NCBI GenBank assembly: GCA_044229145.1
Contig: JBGATO010000110.1
Coordinates: 1-10,468 of the forward strand
Direction of reading: 5' to 3'
DNA from: Candidatus Eiseniibacteriota bacterium
Lineage (GTDB): Bacteria > Eisenbacteria > RBG-16-71-46 > CAZEPH01
Length of the DNA: 10,468 bases
Shown piece after piece: positions 8,293 through 10,468 of the stretch. A model generated the notes under the pieces. It was given only the letters and a program-made list of their open reading frames with translations, had not been told where the DNA came from and searched no databases. The translations under genes and the position numbers were made by a program. Positions within the stretch are counted from its first letter, which is position 1. The number at the start of each line of letters is the position of its first letter.

Positions 8293-8313
8293 CACATCAT
8301 CCGCCCTGATGTG
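8293..8313. repeat. Perfect 7-bp inverted repeat CACATCA-N7-TGATGTG
   Basis: Directly visible between porV and the protease ribosome-binding site. Confidence 0.6.
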
Positions 8314-8315
8314 TC

Positions 8316-8345
8316 GAGACGCGCCGCCCTGGGGCAGCGCGTCTC
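8316..8345 (-). terminator. Strong GC-rich hairpin downstream of porV (possible terminator or mRNA-stabilising stem; no U-tract)
   Basis: Minus strand GAGACGCGCTGCC-CCAG-GGCGGCGCGTCTC: 13-bp stem with one G-U pair, about 43 nt after the porV stop. Confidence 0.5.
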
Positions 8346-8388
8346 ACGCGGAACGTCGTCGCGTCCCGTCCGTCGCCTCGGGGCGCTG

Positions 8389-9378
8389 TTAGAACGCGGC
8401 CGTGAGGGAGAACTTGTTCACGCGGTTGCCGCTGCCCAGGTACTTCGACTGCGGCACGCTGGCGAAGTCGAAGCGCACGTTGGTGATCGGCGTCACGCCC
8501 ACTCCGTAGGTCACGTCCTGGATCGTGCCGGTGGCGTCGTCATAGTAGCCACCCCGGAGCGAGAACAAGTTGTTGTAGTTCATCTCGAGCCCGCCTCCGA
8601 AGATCTTGTCGTGGCCCTCGATGAGCGAGTAGTCGAAGTCGAACGAGGCATTCACCGTGACCGGCGCCGCATTGTACAGCTGCCCGCCGACGCCCAACCG
8701 GAGCGCACGCGCCAGCGGGTCGGACTGTGTTTCGTCGACGAAGGCGATGTTCGGCCCGACGTTCACCACCACCGCAGCGAGGTTGATCTTCGGCAGCACC
8801 TTCGTCTGCTTCTCGCGCAACCGCGCCAGCAGCCCCATGTCCGCCGCGAACGAGTGGCCGACGCCGCCGACGATCACGCTCGCCGGCGCCAGGTTGACGC
8901 TGATGTACTTGAGGCCGACACCGAGGCCCACCGTCGGCGTCAGCTTCGTGCCGTAGGCGATGGCGGGCACGAACTCGTAGCTGTTGAATTCGTTGATGAC
9001 GCCGCCGCTCTCGTCGGTCTGCTGGTTGGTGCCGTACGACAAGTAGGCAAAGCTGACACCCAGACCGCCCCAGCCTTCGTAGTGGTGCACGAAGGAGCCA
9101 TAGTCGAAGTAGACGTCGTTCGCGAGGTTGGGCACCAGCTGCGTGTGCATGAGCGAAAGGTTGTTCTTGTCGAGGAACCCGAGCCCGGCGGGGTTCCACC
9201 AGGCCGCCGTCGCGTCATCCGCCAACGCGGTAAAGGAGCGCCCGAGGCCCTCCGCGCGGCCACCGACCTGGATCTGGGTGGAAATGCCCCCGGCATTGCT
9301 CTGCGCCCACGCGGACGCGGTGCACGACAGGGCAGCCGCCACAGCCAGACTGGCAGCACAGACTTTCGCATGACGCAT
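8389..9378 (-). CDS. porV: PorV/PorQ-family (FadL-like) outer-membrane beta-barrel, putative T9SS shuttle (329 aa)
   Basis: GGAGGT upstream of GTG 9381/ATG 9378; signal peptide ending AWA|Q; family signature IQVGGRAEGLGRSFTALADDATAAWWNPAGL; DESG...FNSYE; GVGLKYI; FAADMG; NVGPNI; DPLARALRLG; FSLRGGY; C-terminal beta-signal KFSLTAAF. Sits directly downstream of a porU-like gene, the established porU-porV order. Confidence 0.88.
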   Translation of the reverse strand: MRHAKVCAASLAVAAALSCTASAWAQSNAGGISTQIQVGGRAEGLGRSFTALADDATAAWWNPAGLGFLDKNNLSLMHTQLVPNLANDVYFDYGSFVHHYEGWGGLGVSFAYLSYGTNQQTDESGGVINEFNSYEFVPAIAYGTKLTPTVGLGVGLKYISVNLAPASVIVGGVGHSFAADMGLLARLREKQTKVLPKINLAAVVVNVGPNIAFVDETQSDPLARALRLGVGGQLYNAAPVTVNASFDFDYSLIEGHDKIFGGGLEMNYNNLFSLRGGYYDDATGTIQDVTYGVGVTPITNVRFDFASVPQSKYLGSGNRVNKFSLTAAF

Positions 9379-9456
9379 CACGCAGTTACCTCCAAGATCA
9401 TTGAGAAGGGCAGGACCCGAACGGCTGTCGCGAGGAGGGATCTCCACCCGCTGCAC

Positions 9457-9486
9457 ACGCTAGCACCGGCGCCGAAGACCCGTCAA
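9457..9486 (-). promoter_or_regulatory. Putative sigma70-type internal promoter for porV
   Basis: Minus strand TTGACG (9486-9481), 18-nt spacer, TAGCGT (9462-9457) with an extended -10 TG (TGcTAGCGT), inside the ~186-nt porU-porV gap. Confidence 0.6.
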
Positions 9487-9487
9487 C

Positions 9488-9527
9488 GAATCGCGGGAGG
9501 GGGCGACTACCCCCTACACCGCGATTC
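9488..9527. repeat. Bulged inverted repeat/hairpin between porU and the porV promoter
   Basis: GAATCGCGG (9488-9496) and CCGCGATTC (9519-9527) are perfect 9-bp arms enclosing an AGGGGG/CCCCCT 6-bp inner stem. Confidence 0.65.
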
Positions 9528-9567
9528 CGCGAAAGTTCGCGCAAAATCGACTTCCGGCGCATTTTCT

Positions 9568-10467
9568 TCATCGCGGCCCGACAGCGCCACGCCCGAGAGC
9601 CTCGGCGTTCTGGGAGCCGGACGCGTCCCGCAGCCGCACTTTGTAGAGGTAGGTGCCCGCTGCCACAGCATCCCCGTCGGCATCGCGGAGGTCCCAGAGC
9701 AGCGACGCCTGCCGGCTGCCCACGGTCCCGTTTGGTGTCACCGCCCCGCTGAGCAGGCGCACCAGGCGGCCTGCCACTGAATACACCGCGACCTCCATCT
9801 GGAGCCCGCCGGCGGCGACGCCATCGCCCAGTTGGGCCAAAATCCACTGCCCGGCAGCGCCGCCGGGATAGGTCAGGACGCGGCGGATGGCGAGCGGCCC
9901 GGCGTCGGCCACCTCGAATCGCAGCGGTGTGAGGCTCTGCGGGAAGATCGCGCGGTTCCCGTAGGTGTCGCTGGCTGCCACGTGAATCGTGTGCGGTCCG
10001 AGCCGCACGTTCGGCAGCGTGAAGGTGGCAGTGCCCGCGGTGTGGCTTCCCTGATCGTAGGTGAACGACTCGGTCAGATCGTAGGTGGCGCCGTCCAAGA
10101 TCACGTTCACCTGAGAGCCCGGCTGGCCGGTGAGGTTGATGCCGTGGCTGTCGGACACCCGGATGCGGAGCGTCGCGGTCGGGGTCACCGCGGCCTCGGA
10201 TCCGGGGAAGTGCAGCGACAGCGAATCGACGCCGCCATCCGTTTCCGGCTCCCCTGCGCGCACCGCCACCGCCTGCGCCACGCCGGCGCCGTCGAGCAGC
10301 GCGCCGGAGCTGGCCGGCTGGACGTACACCCGCACGCGGCCGCTGGTGCCCAGCAGCGTCGAGTCCGCCGGAACGATGAATGAGGCATCGAAACGCCCCT
10401 GCTGGATCGCGACATCGCCGCGGAAGATGACGGGGCCGGGCACGACGTAGTCCGCGATGGTGCTGCA
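9568..10467 (-). CDS. porU: C-terminal portion of a PorU-like T9SS sortase (C25 family; 5' partial)
   Basis: Frame is open to the window end (CSTIADYVVPGPVIFRG...). PorU-type C-terminal motifs IFRGDVAIQQGRFDASFIVPAD, SDSHGINLTG, YDLTESFTYDQGSHTAGTATFTL, GPHTIHVAASDTYGN, then an FlgD-Ig/CTD-like VYSVAGRLVR...WDLRDADGDAVAAGTYLYKVR. Adjacent to porV. The catalytic C25 domain is outside the window. Confidence 0.8.
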   Translation of the reverse strand, partial: CSTIADYVVPGPVIFRGDVAIQQGRFDASFIVPADSTLLGTSGRVRVYVQPASSGALLDGAGVAQAVAVRAGEPETDGGVDSLSLHFPGSEAAVTPTATLRIRVSDSHGINLTGQPGSQVNVILDGATYDLTESFTYDQGSHTAGTATFTLPNVRLGPHTIHVAASDTYGNRAIFPQSLTPLRFEVADAGPLAIRRVLTYPGGAAGQWILAQLGDGVAAGGLQMEVAVYSVAGRLVRLLSGAVTPNGTVGSRQASLLWDLRDADGDAVAAGTYLYKVRLRDASGSQNAEALGRGAVGPR

Positions 10468-10468
10468 C

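Noticed and set aside
8290..8388. Known riboswitch, ncRNA or tRNA in the intergenic hairpins
   Set aside because: No cloverleaf or recognisable aptamer consensus by eye; an Rfam/Infernal scan would be needed to exclude it fully.
9320..9340. Possible lipobox (AALSC) in PorV
   Set aside because: Poor match to L[AS][AG]C; an AWA|Q signal peptidase I site follows, and the family is an integral beta-barrel.
9382..9456. Upstream extension of porV given in the ORF track (start 9456)
   Set aside because: It would begin immediately after the predicted -10 box; the GGAGGT site and signal peptide support 9381/9378.
6919..9780. 953-aa plus-strand ORF (also 5023..6897, 1992..3362, 3779..4924)
   Set aside because: Antisense to well-supported genes; long stop-free shadow frames are expected at this GC content.
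9398..10468. 356-aa minus-strand ORF
   Set aside because: Alternative frame over the PorU-like gene, low-complexity Arg-rich, no motifs.
1..10468. CRISPR array, transposase/integrase, phage or defence genes
   Set aside because: No regularly spaced direct repeats or relevant protein motifs; nearly all bases are explained by the envelope gene cluster.

Overview
A very GC-rich bacterial window (judged by eye, not computed) that is one tightly packed minus-strand gene cluster of type IX secretion system (T9SS)-related envelope genes. In transcription order: the 3' end of a PorU-like protein (cut by the window end), a PorV/PorQ-family outer-membrane beta-barrel, a ~1120-aa M6-type zinc metalloprotease with a beta-propeller and a T9SS-like C-terminal domain, two tandem paralogous uncharacterised exported proteins, a six-bladed NHL-repeat lipoprotein, and the first ~730 codons of a large gene that the ORF track misses. 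That last protein looks SprA-related by motif and runs off the window start. Clear GGAGG/AGGAG Shine-Dalgarno sites and a sigma70-type promoter upstream of porV argue against a classical Bacteroidota host. The most interesting reading is a divergent T9SS-like secretion/attachment module with uncharacterised components. The long plus-strand ORFs appear to be antisense shadows. No RNA genes, CRISPR arrays or mobile elements were seen. Family calls come from recognised motifs, not database searches.
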